Shown here: in pieces, positions 12,662 to 26,679 of the stretch | Layout: every line of letters starts with the position of its first letter | How positions within the stretch are numbered: position 1 is the stretch's first letter | Notes under the pieces: model-generated | The model's database searches: none | What the model saw: the letters and a program-made list of their open reading frames with translations, nothing else | What the model was told of the DNA's origin: nothing | From: Octopus vulgaris | Lineage: Eukaryota | DNA length: 64,000 nucleotides | Reading direction: 5' to 3' | Assembly (NCBI GenBank): GCA_951406725.2 | Contig: OX597831.1 | Coordinates: forward strand, 50,158,001-50,222,000 | Position numbers and translations under genes: made by a program

Positions 12662-13338
12662 TATGTTTGACTTTTGCTTTATATTTGTACAAGTTGGCTG
12701 CAAGTCTCACTCAGAGACCTCAAGAGACAACAGGTTGGAAGTTCATGTTGTTGTTATGCCTAGTGTGCCATATATTGGGGGGGGGGGGAGTTTTTGGTGT
12801 TGTACTAATGAATGTCTAAAAAAAAGATTTTTTTTTTCTTTAAACCGAAAATTATGTTTGTTTTAAACCTTGAGATTACATAGAAAGTATTTTGCGTAGG
12901 ATATGAGCAGTTCCCATGAGCACTATCTTTTGAATTTCTGCCATTTTTGGGTTTCCTGGTATCTGAGTTAGGTAGCTATCAGCCCCTTTTGCTATCATTC
13001 CCAGGGCACCTATGACAACAGGTATTGTTTTAGTCTTCAGCTTCCACATTTTGCTGATTTCTATTTCAAGATCTTTATATTTGCTCAGTTTTTGGTAGGT
13101 CTTGACAGATACGTTTATATCGATTGGGACAATCATATCAATGAGGAGGCATGTTCTTTGTTTGAAGTCTTTCAATATGATATCTGGCCTATTTGCATCT
13201 ATCTTTCTGTCAGTTTGAATGGTGAAGTTCCAGAAGAGTGAGATATAGTCATTTTCAAGCACTGGGAGTGGTTTGTGTTCCCACCAGTTTTTTTTAATGG
13301 GGCAAATCCAGGTTTTTGCAGATTACCCAGTGAATATA
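12661..13338 (-). mobile_element. R4/Dong-clade LINE 3' fragment (restriction-like endonuclease and 3' UTR) flanked by (TAA)n
   Basis: IHWVICKNL..WWEHKPLPVLENDYISLFWNFTIQTDRKIDANRPDII..LLIDM..KLSKYKDLEIEISKMW..PVVIGALG (RPD..D..K..KY RLE motif). (ATT)n on both sides. Confidence 0.9.
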
Positions 13339-13341
13339 TTG

Positions 13342-13393
<52 letters not shown>

Positions 13394-13430
13394 CATTGTT
13401 GTTATTATTATTATTATTATTATTATTTAA

Positions 13431-13787
13431 GGCGGCGAGCTGGCAGAAACATTAGCACGCCGGGCGAATTGCGTAGCCGTATTTCGTCTGCCGTTATGCT
13501 CTGAGTTCAAATTCCGCTGAGGTCGACTTTGCCTTTCATCCTTTCGGGGTCGATAAATTAAGTACCAGTTACGCACTGGAGTTGATATAATCGACTTAAT
13601 CCGTTTTTCTGTCCGTGTTTGTCCTCTCTGTGTTTAGCCCCTTGTGGGTAATAAAGAAATAGGTATTTTACCCATCGCTATCCTCTAAGTTCAAATTCCG
13701 CCAAGGTCGACTTTACCTTTCATCCTTTTGGGGTCGATAAAATAAGTACCAGTTGAACACTTGGGTCGATGTAATCGACTCATCCCC
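13431..13787 (+). mobile_element. SINE family B (Meta-domain-like), one full copy followed by a partial tandem copy
   Basis: ggcggcgagctggcagaaac..gagttcaaattcc..gcctttcatcctttcggggtcgataaattaagtaccag; the core occurs twice. Confidence 0.85.
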
Positions 13788-13789
13788 TA

Positions 13790-14327
13790 TAGTCTATCCA
13801 GGCCATTGACAAGTTTTTGTATCGTTTCTGACAATCTTACAAGATCATCATATTGATGAGTAGCTGACCTTTACAACCATACGACCCACATTTACATCAT
13901 TTTTGCTCATTAGGGAATAAGCCACTTTCTATTAAAAAAAACATAGGTATATTCAGTCAAGACAGATGTTTGCGTTTTATACATTGTTGTTAAGCAAGTT
14001 ATGGGTCGATAATTTTTTGGTTCATTTGTTTCTTCATTTTTTGGAAGTAGGAATGTTAAACCATTAACTAGCCAAGAGGGAAACATACTAGATTGTTGCT
14101 AGACATTGTTGTAAAGTTTTGTTTGCAGTTCATGACTCTGGGAAAGCATTCAACCAGACGTTAGGAATTTTATCCTTCCTTGGAGACTTCCATTTGCTTG
14201 ACTTCCTGAGAGCAGATCTTATATCGTCTATCTTGATATACCTCCCACTTTTACTCTTCTAAGGCGTCTAAGTCATTCTATCAATCCAAGGGGCCCTTTA
14301 TTTGTGCGTTTTTTCTTCTGCCCAAAT
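13790..14327 (-). pseudogene. R4/Dong LINE RT fragment
   Basis: KWKSPRKDKIPNVWL..PSWLVNGLTFLLPKNEETNEPKNYRPITCLTTMYK..GSYGCKGQLLIN..NLSMAWIDY, with stops. Confidence 0.85.
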
Positions 14328-14456
14328 TTATCATCATCATCATTATAATAATAATTATTGTTACTATTATTATTATTATCATTATGATTATTATTATTAT
14401 TATTATTATTATGAGTAGTAGTACTAGTAGTAGTAGTCGTAGTACTAGTAGTCGTT

Positions 14457-14510
<54 letters not shown>

Positions 14511-14511
14511 T
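14328..14511. repeat. (ATT)n and (TAG)n microsatellite
   Basis: Directly visible. Confidence 0.95.
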
Positions 14512-15500
14512 CATTCTTTACTTTTAATCTGCACGTTTGTTACAATCGCTTGAGATAGGGCGAGTGAAGGATAAGTGATGTTACAGTACGACTGAAAGCC
14601 TGGGGTGGGGAAGTGACAGGGAAGTAGCTAAATATGTTTACGTTAAGCAGCACAGACATTTAAATCGATAGGGTTTTTCTAAAGATGTGAATGGTACTTG
14701 TCAGTACAACCTTTTGGATTTCTCTGAGACATAGTTCTCTTGGGATGTATCTAGATGTTTCTGGCATCCCTTTTTTTTAAAATCATACCTTGGGCATCTA
14801 CAATAATAGGAACATTTCTCGTTTTAAGATGCCACAACTTTTGTATTTTAATTTCCAGGTCGTTATAATTTCTTAATTTGTCAATTTCCTTTACAGATAT
14901 ATGCTTATCAGTTAGTAGTTTGGGTGATGAATGTTGTTATATGTTAGTAGCTCCAGGCGTTGGAGCACTGTATGTTTCTAGTTAATGATGTAAAAATTGT
15001 ATTGGACTACTGGACGTGCGAGGGTATGAATGGTTTCGATGCAATTTTTGGAGTTCTGTTTTTAACATGAGTCTTATTCTGCTGTAGTACTCCCTTCTTA
15101 CTTTCTCATTTATGGTAGCATTTCGTATATCATTTCTTTTATTTATCCCCAGGTATTTATGACTTTCTTGTCGGTCAGGTTTCCTGATGATTGTGTCGGT
15201 ATCTAATTTAATGGAAGCTGTTTGAGATTGCCTCTTACAAAAAGTTCCTTTAACGCACTTATCGTGGCCAGATTCATCCCAATGTCATTGCTAAATTCTT
15301 TAACAGTTGTTAGCAGCCCTACTAGCTAGCTCTTAGTTATTTCCAGCAAACAGCTTCACACCGTCCATATAAAACAAATGGTTTACTGTAGTATTATAAA
15401 CTTTATACCTATACCAGGTGTTACTCAGTGCGTTTGAGGGTGGGGTCAGTGGCATGCAAAAGAGAAATGGGGAGAGGGATTCACGCGATATAAACAAGAA
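14512..15500 (-). mobile_element. R4/Dong LINE fragment (RT core joined to RLE and 3' end, internally deleted)
   Basis: ESLSPFLFCMPL..VNHLFYMDGVKLF (decayed YMDD); C-terminal DKHISVKEIDKLRNYNDLEIKIQKLWHLKT. The 3' end abuts the trinucleotide repeat. Confidence 0.8.
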
Positions 15501-16130
15501 CACCTTTTCCCACCGTGCAATAAGTTTGCTATCGCTTTCTGCCATTCTTTTATTCACTGATGTGTAAGTGAAGTAAAACCTAGATTCTTGTTTTGGACAA
15601 ACAAATTCAAATACACTGTGTACTATCTAGAATATAGATTTCAAAACTAAATTGACTGATAAAAAATTGCAATGGCATTTGTCGTAGTATGAAGTAAGTG
15701 TCAAATGCGGATCCAACAATTTTATATTTCTAATCATGCAATAAGTTACTCTTGTTATGTACACAATAAATTAACCATTTTGACATTAGATGATGTGATC
15801 ACGAATACAGCCCTGGCCCGACTAGGAAGCTGTTGTACACAGATCTGTTTCATACAGTCTAAGCAAATTTTAAACAATAACAACAGTAATATCAAGACTT
15901 ACTTATATAACTTTCGTCCCTTATCTCGCTGTCAAATACGAAGATGGATTATTAAATCATATATATTATTTTCTCAAATAGAGTGCAGTGCATTTGAAGG
16001 ATGACAAGTAATTATTTAGCCAACTTTGGCTCTTTTTAAAGAGAAACAATTGACAAAATAAAGAGTAAGAAATACATGTTAACCGTTTTTATTTTGTATC
16101 TAATCGATGTGAAAGTATACCTTACAATCC

Positions 16131-17334
16131 TACGAGGATGGGCAAAATGGTTCATAGGCTGATTGTGAAGCCATGATGCTTCAGCTGTAAGGGCCTGCAT
16201 GCATTAATTTCAGCCCTTCTCTTTGAAATCTGCATTGTTTCTTTCCAGGTAAACATATATCTGATTGTTCACAGAAGACTTGAAATGTCTTTAAAAATAT
16301 AGAATTTTTTGAAAATGGACATAATTTAGCATCATGGGGTTACCAAGTAGTGGTTTAGCCCCCCCACCCACACACACACTCCCATCCAAGAAAACTTCTG
16401 TTGACATGGTTACTACATTTGGGGATGACGCTCCAACTTCTAACTTTATCAACAGTGCAAAAGTAGGAGACTGAGTATAGGACGGGAAGGGAGAGTACTG
16501 AAGATGACCCAAGCTCTGGCCATTTTGCAACTGCCGCCATAGTGAAAAGCATTGATAGTTTTCACCACATGCTGATGACAGGCAACTGACTATCACTCAA
16601 ATAGCCAATCCTATACGCATATCCCGTGAGTTAAGAATATTCTGCATAATGAACTTGGCATGACGAAGATTTCAGCTTAGTGGGTAGCTTGGTGGGTGCC
16701 CCTTCTCACAACTGATCGAAAACGCACTAGGCTTATCACATCACAGGAAAATCTAATCGACAATGAGTGTTAGCTTCATCACTTTGAGCCAGGGACAGAG
16801 ACAATCCATGCAGTAGGAACACCCACCTCACCTGCAAGTAAGGTGGTCCCCTCCGATTTGGGGATTCAAAAGACATTGTGTTTATTGGCTATTATCAAAA
16901 GGGCCACGCCATTAATAGAGAGTACTATGTCAACTTGCTGAGGCAGTTACGAAAGCCTATCAACATCAGTCATCCAGGAAAACTGACAATAGTCCAGTAC
17001 ACAATTTCTTAGTTTCAATGGCTGCTGTGCATGACAGTGGCTTTGAACTGGTTGATTGTCGTACCTATTCCCTTAATTTGGCCCCATCTGACTATTATCA
17101 GTTCCCCAACATGAAAAAGCCCTTGGCTGGAAACCAGTATCGCAATTATGATGACGTCATATCTGCCAATGATGACTTTTTGACCAACAGGATGAAGCTT
17201 CTGCACCAATAGCATCTATGAACAGCAGCACCGATAGAAGAAGTGCACGGACTTTGTTGAAAAATAAACCACATTTGGTTACATTCCATGAGAGTATGTT
17301 GGTCAGCCTATGAACTTTTCAGCCAAGCTACGTA
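16131..17334 (+). mobile_element. Decayed near-full-length mariner
   Basis: TIRs tacgagg..gttcataggctga / tcagcctatgaacttttcagcc..cgta. Transposase remnant TYSLNLAPSDYYQFPNMKK (cf. YSPDLAPSDY). Confidence 0.85.
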
Positions 17335-18384
17335 TATGTTTTCTTCCACCCCACTGTGACCCAATGTCTTCGAACTGCTAGTGGGCGTTGCAATAAAATG
17401 AGAGGATTATATCAAACAGACAGATACGTGACTAAATAGAAACGAAATATAACAAAGGAAACTATAGATTCTTTTCCGCAATCAGATAAAATCTGAAAGA
17501 TATTTCTTGAATTGGAAGTTTTTCTCGCTTTAAAAAAATACAGTAGTTGTAAGAAAAACTAGGGAAAAATTAATTGCCAATTTGAAAGAGAGAATTATCT
17601 TAGAACTGAAATGATCAAGAAACATTTCACAGAAATGAGATGAAAAATACATAAGCCTAGTTTGATATTAAATATTGGACAGCCATTTGTAGAAATTATA
17701 TGTATTTACACTTCATACTAAATATACACCATTATTTAATTTCATCCTTCTTGGCATCAAACTTAAATCCTATTATAATGAGGTTTACCTTTCATTTCTA
17801 CTAGGTCGAGCAATAATCAGTTTTTTGTTATTCTACAATATGTTATCTTTAGTGTATTTTCTTTACTTTTTCCTGCTAAATACATTACACTTTTTAACGC
17901 TACCCATCTTCGTACTGTATCTAAATTCTACCCAAGTTTACTATATGTTCGTTTCACCTTTGTTGGATAATTCCCTGTAATTGTATATTGTTCAGCTCAA
18001 TGCTATCGACTCTATCACTGTCTTATAACAATTTATCTAACAGCAATGTAACTAATCAATACAGTCTTTGTGTTGAGGTTTCTTTTTCATCATTCTCTAT
18101 GATATATACTACAGAAATGTAATCTAGAGAAAAATAATATCTTCAATATCACGGTAACAATTTTCGTTGCAATGCTATTCAACAAACAATGGCCAAGACG
18201 ATAAAATATCCGTCCTGTTTGTGAATCACAATTTCCTTTTCCATTGCTTTACGATTCCCTCTGAAATACTTCCTCTTGTGTAAAATCAATTGCCTGATAT
18301 TCATGATATTTGTCGTCACTTCATATAGGAAGTTTGTGCCTGTTCAAAATAAAATGATAAACGCTTTTGGTGTATATGTTGAAG

Positions 18385-18593
18385 GCCGGTTTTGAAATCC
18401 GGTTTCCGATACCGCAGCTGGACGGGACGCTAGTCCATCGCAGCGTTACTCATTTTTTCCAGGTGAGTGGACTGGAGCAACGTGAAATGAAGTGTTTTGT
18501 TCAAGAACATAGCGCGTCGCCCGGTCCAGGAATCGAAACCACAATATTACGATCATGATGCTGACAGCCTAGCCACTAAGCCAGAGGCCTCCA
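18385..18593 (-). mobile_element. V-SINE-like element (family C)
   Basis: Minus strand has a tRNA-like head and gcgatggactagcgtcccgtccag; same family as 49304-49545. Confidence 0.75.
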
Positions 18594-18754
18594 CGTTTAT
18601 ATAATCATTGGCATATAATGATATATTGCCCCAAAATATACCTGAAACAACAAATATTCTTGCGTGTATACAAAGGTTGTTTCGAAAGAAATTTGAAGTG
18701 AATAGATGAATGTCAATATTTAATTGACATAATAAGCATTACCGATTTACTCTT

Positions 18755-19018
18755 TACTCTTTACTCTTTTACTCTTTTACTTGTTTCAGTCCTTTGATTG
18801 TGGCCATACTGGAGCACGGCATTTAGTCGAGCAAATCGACCCCAGGACTTATTCTCAATAAGCCAAGTACTTATTCTATCGGTCACTTTTTCCCGAACCG
18901 CTAAGTTACGGGGACGTAAACACACCAGCATCGGTTGTCAAGCGATGTTGGGGGGACAAACACAGACACACAAACACACACTCACACACACACACGCACA
19001 CACACACACACGCACATA

Positions 19019-19050
<32 letters not shown>

Positions 19051-19220
19051 CACATATATATATACGACGGGCTTCTTTCAGTTTCCGTCTACCAAATCCA
19101 CTCATAAGGCTTTGGTCGACCCGAGGCTATAGTTCAAGTCACTTGCTCAAAGTTCCACACAGTGGGACTGAACCCGGAACCATGTGGTTCGTATGGAAGC
19201 TACTTACCACACAGCCACTT
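18755..19220 (-). mobile_element. SINE family A
   Basis: High similarity to the 9048-9703 and 56945-57350 copies. Confidence 0.9.
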
Positions 19221-19329
19221 ACTAACAACAATAAGACGAAGAAATCCTGGCATGATGAGTCTAACATTTTAGCATCTAATGAATCCATAAAACCGAAAAG
19301 AGGAAATAAACATAATAATGCTTTCTACT

Positions 19330-19520
19330 GTAGGCAAAAGGCCTGAAATTTTGGAAGGCGGGTAGTCGATTACACCGACTCCTATATTTGACTAGTACTT
19401 ATCGACTCCAAAATGTTTAAAGGCAAAGTCGACTTCGGCGATATTTGAACTCAGAGAGAAAACACTGAATATTTGCTCCTTAGCATTTTCCTCGGTGTGC
19501 TAATGATTCTGCCAACTATC
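19330..19520 (-). mobile_element. SINE family B, diverged
   Basis: aaaggcaaagtcgacttcggcgatatttgaactcaga is the reverse complement of the family B core. Confidence 0.7.
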
Positions 19521-20002
19521 TGACAATATCACATTATATTTCTTAGAAACAAAGAAGTAAAGTTAATCTCTTCAAAATCTTGACACATGATTGGTAAATA
19601 TCTCTCACCTCACAGGCTACAATCTTAAAAACGATAGTATAAATGTAGAAAACGTTGGAAGGCTAGCCCAGTTAAGAAACTCGCTTCGCAAGCACTTAGT
19701 TTTGGGTGGACCCATACATGGTGCAGCCATAGGCAATTGTTTTCTATATAGCCTCAGCAGACCAATGCATTGTGAGGAAATCCGGTTCATAGAGACTGTG
19801 GTTAAAGTGTGACGCTTACGATCGCGGGATCGTGGTTTCAACACCTGCATATGCGGTGTTCTAAACTAAAATACTTCGTGTCATGTCAATCGTCGATCAC
19901 TTTGATTTGTTGGATAGGATAAGCTAATGTACAGCACATACATTCAAGCATTTTAAACAAATCATATATGTAGCTTGTTTAGCAAGAAATTGCAGAACGC
20001 TC

Positions 20003-20053
<51 letters not shown>

Positions 20054-21419
20054 GTGTGTGCACGCGCACGTGTCGTTTTGACTGTGCGATAGCGTTAGCG
20101 CTTGACATTCCGTTTGGTTTCTTTACAGTACCCGTAAATTTTTCGATAGAAAAAAGTATGAGACTTAAAAGCTAGTATTTGAACCAATTCATTCGGATAA
20201 ACCCATCTAGATGGTGATACAGACGGGTTGCAGTCCAATGAATGAAGCGAGAAAAACATACAAGTTATGTATAAAATATAAGAATGCCGGGCATCGTCAT
20301 GAATGAAATCCATTAGTTCATGAGTCACTTGGATGAGGACTCACAAAAGTAAGAACAACAGAAAACTCATAGGTTTCAGGTTAATGTGTGTTCAAAGACT
20401 CATCTCATTCGAACCTCAAATGCTTACGCCATTGTAATACTTTCCGGAAAGCTACGCAGACATTTGTTGGAAAGAAGTTGTACTCCAATGAAAACACATA
20501 ACATCATATATACGTTCGAACCTGTCAGGAACATATTGATGAATAATATTCATGGCATCGTTTTAATATTCACCGTTCATTTCGTCCATGGCGATTTATT
20601 TTTGATTGCCAAATATCTGCAAGCGTCAGCAAATAGTTTGTTTCCTGAACAAGAGCCACAAAGTCTTGTTAGGCACTCTCGTTCACAGTGCCTTTGACTT
20701 ACGAGACACAATGATATCAAAGCAATTTTTCACAATATCCTTATACTCGTCGATCGAGTGTTACGAACACATACGTCTTTAAGAAATTGTTCTCCGGTGA
20801 CAAAACTCGACATTGATTATCATATTCACGGTCAAATCTGTTGGGAACCTATCGGAAATGAATATGAGTGATTGTTTTGATTCTTGCTGTACACCCTATA
20901 AATGACGATTTATTATATATATATTCTACATCATTCATGTAGAAGACGTGTATTTATATCGAAGATGGGGTGAAAACCTAAACTAAGTCATGAACAATTT
21001 AAACTCAGATATGAATTAACAAATACAAATGCCGAAGTTGTGTATCATATGATTTTGTCTCTCTACAATCTGTAGCGTATCTTCTTAACATTTAGCCAGC
21101 ATAAGGCGCCGAATTAGTGAAGTAGGAATCCCATTAATAGCTATAGTTTTGCCTCATTTAATGAATTAGCAATGATTGAGATGAATCCTTATCGAATAAT
21201 TACAATTGAAAAAATACTTTATTACACTGTTAAGAGTTCTTAATCAATTCAGGTTACACTGTTGCAATCTAAAGCACGCACACACACACATATGCATATA
21301 CATGCACACACATGGACGCACATACATGCACGCGCATATATGCACACATTGTATGTCTAGTTAGACAAAATGTTGTAGGATGGAAAAAGGAAGAAATGAG
21401 ATTTCAGGGAATTTGAAGT

Positions 21420-21433
21420 GGTATGTATGTATG

Positions 21434-21482
<49 letters not shown>

Positions 21483-21488
21483 ATATAC

Positions 21489-21586
<98 letters not shown>

Positions 21587-21640
21587 TATATAATATATAA
21601 TATATATTTATATATATTTATTTATAAATATGTATACATA
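21420..21640. repeat. Long (TA)n microsatellite
   Basis: Directly visible. Similar (TA)n/(CA)n tracts lie at ~7.8, 22.6, 23.9, 25.5, 27.6, 31.0, 35.4, 53.2, 59.3, 62.6 and 63.3 kb. Confidence 0.95.
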
Positions 21641-21884
21641 TATATGTCTGTTTGCGCGCGGGTGAGTGTATAGATAGAGAGATAGATAGATAGATAGATG
21701 ATCTGACGTAAACTAATTATAAGGGAAAATGTTCTTTGAGCAATTCAGTTACCATAGGAATATGCTAATAGAAAACAATCATCTTGAGAGCTTTAAACAG
21801 AGATGATATAATGTATGCTTATGAATGTTATGCATACGTATACATAACTACACTCACGCACTCACACACACACACACACACACA

Positions 21885-22652
<768 letters not shown>

Positions 22653-23164
22653 AAATGAAGAAGCTCTTGGTAATATTTAACCTTTCTTTATTGAAATTAC
22701 CACTTTTACATCCTATATCCTCTACGGGCACAATTTTGTTACCGGTAATCAAAAAAAAAAAGTATTTTGGCACATAATGAACTATAAGCGAATATCAGGA
22801 ACGTGAGTGTATTATTGTATGTTCTATTTACACCTTGACATCGAAAACAAAATGATGCAGCGAATGTCTGAAGATTAAAATACGTAAATGATTTCATTTT
22901 GCTTCTAAGGTACGTTAAAATGCTGCATTTGTCACCGAAATAAATATTAAAGAACAGAAATGAATTGTTATACACATAAGCTTCTAATATAATTTTAAAA
23001 TTGCGTGCCTTATAATTGCAAGCGAAATATTCTTGTATGAGACAATTAAGAATTAAGAGTGAGCTTCATGAAAATGGAAAAAAATTATTAGGTTTAAAGC
23101 ATTAATATAATCTCGTGACACACAGACACACAATTTATCTTTGTCTTTATATCTAACACACACA

Positions 23165-23188
23165 CAGATAGGTAGATAGATAGATAGT

Positions 23189-23276
<88 letters not shown>

Positions 23277-23280
23277 TATA
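23165..23280. repeat. (GATA)n/(GACA)n microsatellite
   Basis: Directly visible; a (TATC)n tract also lies at 53107-53175. Confidence 0.95.
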
Positions 23281-23307
23281 TCAGAATACATTTCGTATAT
23301 GCGTATA

Positions 23308-23507
23308 TACGAGAGTATGCTGAAAAGTACCTGGTTTGGTAAAGAAAATATAGGTGGATTAGTTAATTATGGATTTTAAAAATATAATCTTCTCTTAGAT
23401 TAACACACTTATTGCAACAGTCTTTCAGCTTTAAAAAAAACTCGGAATGTTTGGCCTACAATCAGGCCTTTCATGTTACCCTTAAAGCCAGGAACTTTTC
23501 CCTCGTA
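23308..23507. mobile_element. Mariner-derived MITE
   Basis: tacgagagtatgctgaaaagtacctgg .. ccaggaacttttccctcgta: degenerate TIRs with TA ends. Confidence 0.6.
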
Positions 23508-23529
23508 TGTGTGGATGTTTGTATTGAAC

Positions 23530-23822
23530 GAGAAAAAAAATCTAGCGAGAGGTGAACAACAACCCATGGATCACAATCAAGGCCCTAATTGAACCGCTTG
23601 ACCAGGTGTCACGGTCTACCTTTGAACGTGTTTTGCACAGAGGAGATCTCCGTGTATGTAGGCCTCGGAAGACGCCGCTGCTTCGGCAGAAATATCTGGA
23701 GGTTCACCTTGCCTTTGCTAGATGTCATCTGAAGGAAGATACCAGCTTGACAATCTTGACAAAATACATTCATTTCATCACAAAAATTAACAAGGGTATG
23801 AATAATTTTGAGAACGACTGTA
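23530..23822 (+). mobile_element. Tc1-like transposase fragment with right TIR
   Basis: [49 protein letters not shown] (Tc1 HTH region); ends gtatgaataattttgagaacgactgta. Confidence 0.75.
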
Positions 23823-23847
23823 TGTATATATACACATACATATATAA

Positions 23848-23888
<41 letters not shown>

Positions 23889-23915
23889 TATATATATATA
23901 TATATATATACATAC

Positions 23916-23964
<49 letters not shown>

Positions 23965-23965
<1 letters not shown>

Positions 23966-24311
23966 GTTGTGTCTGGGGAGAGTCATTTTCTTTTTGTGCC
24001 TTACAATATAACACACTCACCGGTAAAATTTCCACTTTTTTTTTTCTTATTTTTATTCTCCTAAAATTTTCGTTGCGTCATGCAAACTTTTCAATAGTTT
24101 GAAACTATTGAATATTGAAAACTATTGAAAAGGTTGCAAGACGCAGCGAAAATTTTAGGAGAATAAGAATAAGAAGAAAAAAGTAGAAATTTTACCGGTG
24201 AGTGTGTTATATTATAAGGCACGAAAAGAAAATGACTATTCCCAGACACAACAGAATATGCTTCAACACACGAACTCACATAAAGAATCTTGCAAACCAA
24301 ATCCCAAAACG

Positions 24312-24315
<4 letters not shown>
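23965..24315. repeat. Near-perfect ~290-bp hairpin element in (TA)n; related copy at 58730-58950
   Basis: 23965-24100 pairs with ~24118-24253. The tail cagaatatgcttcaaca..cttgcaaaccaaatcc is shared with the 58.9 kb copy. Confidence 0.85.
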
Positions 24316-24369
<54 letters not shown>

Positions 24370-25069
24370 ATGTATGTATGTAAAGGTACTACTTAGATAA
24401 TATCCAAATCATATCTCATCACCCAGACTCGTTTTTTACGTCATGTTTTAAGACTTCACAACCAATTCGAGTAGACTGTTGTCAATTGCTGTAACGTATT
24501 TGTTTCAGGTGTTTTTTTCTGATATTTCTTGGAGGAATGCGTGCGGGTTCATTTGGGATATAATGGAGTTGTTTGTTCTTTCTTTCACTGGAAATAATGT
24601 TGAATGAGGCACGGACATATAAAGCTAAAAAGTTACAGAAGTTATGTCGAAGTGGGGTTATCTAATATGGGACGGTTTGACATCACCCTCCCGTGATATA
24701 CATAGATAGGTAACCCACTCCCTGCTAATCTCAGTTTCGTAGTCTCCAATGAAGCTGTCCCAGCAGCTTTTGGAGGTTTTATAGATCATTGAGCAAAAGT
24801 CATTGTGTCAGCATTTTGATATCCAGGCGCAATTAATCATGATAGAAGTATCTCTTTTCTTATATCCAGATGGCTTCCAGTTCTTCATGTCAGCTAAATT
24901 TTCTGAACTAAACATTAATGCTTATGATCTCCAACACCGTTGAATGTTCCCCAATACAAGTTGTTCCTGAAAATAAGAAGATATAACAAATCGTCAAATT
25001 TAGCGAGAACACGCTGTATATGTAAATATTACATATATATAAAGCAGCGCTGCATTTTAAACATCAAAA

Positions 25070-25104
<35 letters not shown>

Positions 25105-25106
<2 letters not shown>

Positions 25107-25470
25107 CGTGATCACCATGACTGACTAGGCTCTCAGATGTTGCTACACATCGCTGGTCACAATGCGTTTCGCACTGACTAGTCTCTCAGATGTTGCTACA
25201 CATCGCTGGTCACAATGCGTTTCGCATCCTTTTAGCCTTCGAATGACGCCACCCCGCTGGCTAAACGAGCAGGCCAACAGAAGAAAGAGTGAGAGAAAGT
25301 TGTGGCGAAAGAGTACAACGGCGATCGCCACCTCCCCCTGCCGGACCCTCGTCGAACTTTAGGTGTTTTTTCGCTCAATAAACACTCACAACGCCCGGTC
25401 TGGGAATCGAAACCGCGATCCTACGACCCCGAGTTCGCTACCCTAACCACTAGGTCATTGCGCTTCCACT
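25105..25470 (-). mobile_element. tRNA-derived SINE family D with a duplicated 3' segment
   Basis: Minus-strand head ggaagcgcaatgacctagtggttaggg..ggtttcgattccc. A ~50-bp tandem duplication lies at 25125-25226. Confidence 0.7.
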
Positions 25471-25492
25471 TATATATATATATGTATGCATG

Positions 25493-25526
<34 letters not shown>

Positions 25527-25552
25527 TGTATGTATGTATGTATGTATGTATG

Positions 25553-25605
<53 letters not shown>

Positions 25606-25669
25606 TAATTAAGAATAATAGGTAAAAAAAGGAAAGGTAAAGTTAACTGATCGATTCATACCGACTTTC

Positions 25670-25870
25670 CGGTTACATGGCGTACATATTCCCCACCTGG
25701 ACGGGACGCCGGTCCATCGCAAGAACACTCATTTTTGCCAGACGAGTAGACTGGAGCTGCGTGGACTGAAGTGTTTTAATCAATAACACAAGTAGCCCGG
25801 TCCAGAAATCGAAGCCACAATCTTACAATCATGATTCGAACATTGAAACCACTAAGCGACGCACCTCCAC
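25670..25870 (-). mobile_element. V-SINE-like element (family C)
   Basis: ctggacgggacgccggtccatcgc, shared with the 18.4 and 49.4 kb copies. Confidence 0.75.
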
Positions 25871-26679
25871 AATTAATAATATTTTGTTAAATGCCAAACA
25901 GGTAACAAATCCACTGGAAGAACTTGCATGCATACATGCAATCGGCTAAAAGATATTTATGTACAGCGTATATTTAGAATGAAAAGTGGTAAGGCATACA
26001 TTTTACAGACTGATTGTAATTTAATTACTTTCAACAGCTGTTTCGTTAGAAATAAGTGCAATTAATTCGATAATTACTTAAGATACACAAGTAATGAAAA
26101 TCAAATAAAATTATTTAAAATTAAACGAATAGGTCTATTTAAACCCAGAACAGTTTGCAGTTAAAATGGCCGTTAGTATTCCTGATGATTTGGGATAAGC
26201 ATTGCTTCAAATATATTTAAGTTATATTAATAGATTTTAAATCAATTTTCATTAATCATGTATATTAATTACATTACTATAGAATTAATTACAGTTATTC
26301 CTAATAAAGCACTTGTGGGGAGTAATTTGAATATGGTCTGAAAAGTATGCTTTCTTTTCCTTTTATTCTAAATAGATTGTGACAGGTATTTCCGAACACT
26401 TAATTATCTTCAAATTAGTTAAAAAGTGCTAATTTCTTTCAGATCTCCATGGCAAATTAAATATTAACATAGGAAATTAAATTACATGCATCATTTTAAA
26501 CATATGTGCGGAACATAGAAATTGTCATCTTTCTGAATCTTGCAAGATCATTTGTACACAAAGATAGCACGGAATTGGAAGCCCTTGCCGTAAATGTTCC
26601 GCTTGTATGAAAGAAACATACTCTAAACATTCGGGCACTATAAGAACATCAGAGTTTAAAATTCATCGATGATGATCCC

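Noticed and set aside
12102-14514. Poly-I, poly-L and poly-Y ORFs
   Set aside because: Produced by (ATT)n/(TAG)n microsatellites.
18798-19346. 182-aa ORF
   Set aside because: Antisense reading of SINE family A plus its internal microsatellite.
20100-20900. Possible decayed Tc1-like element ending in tgtacaccctata
   Set aside because: No matching second TIR or transposase motif could be confirmed.
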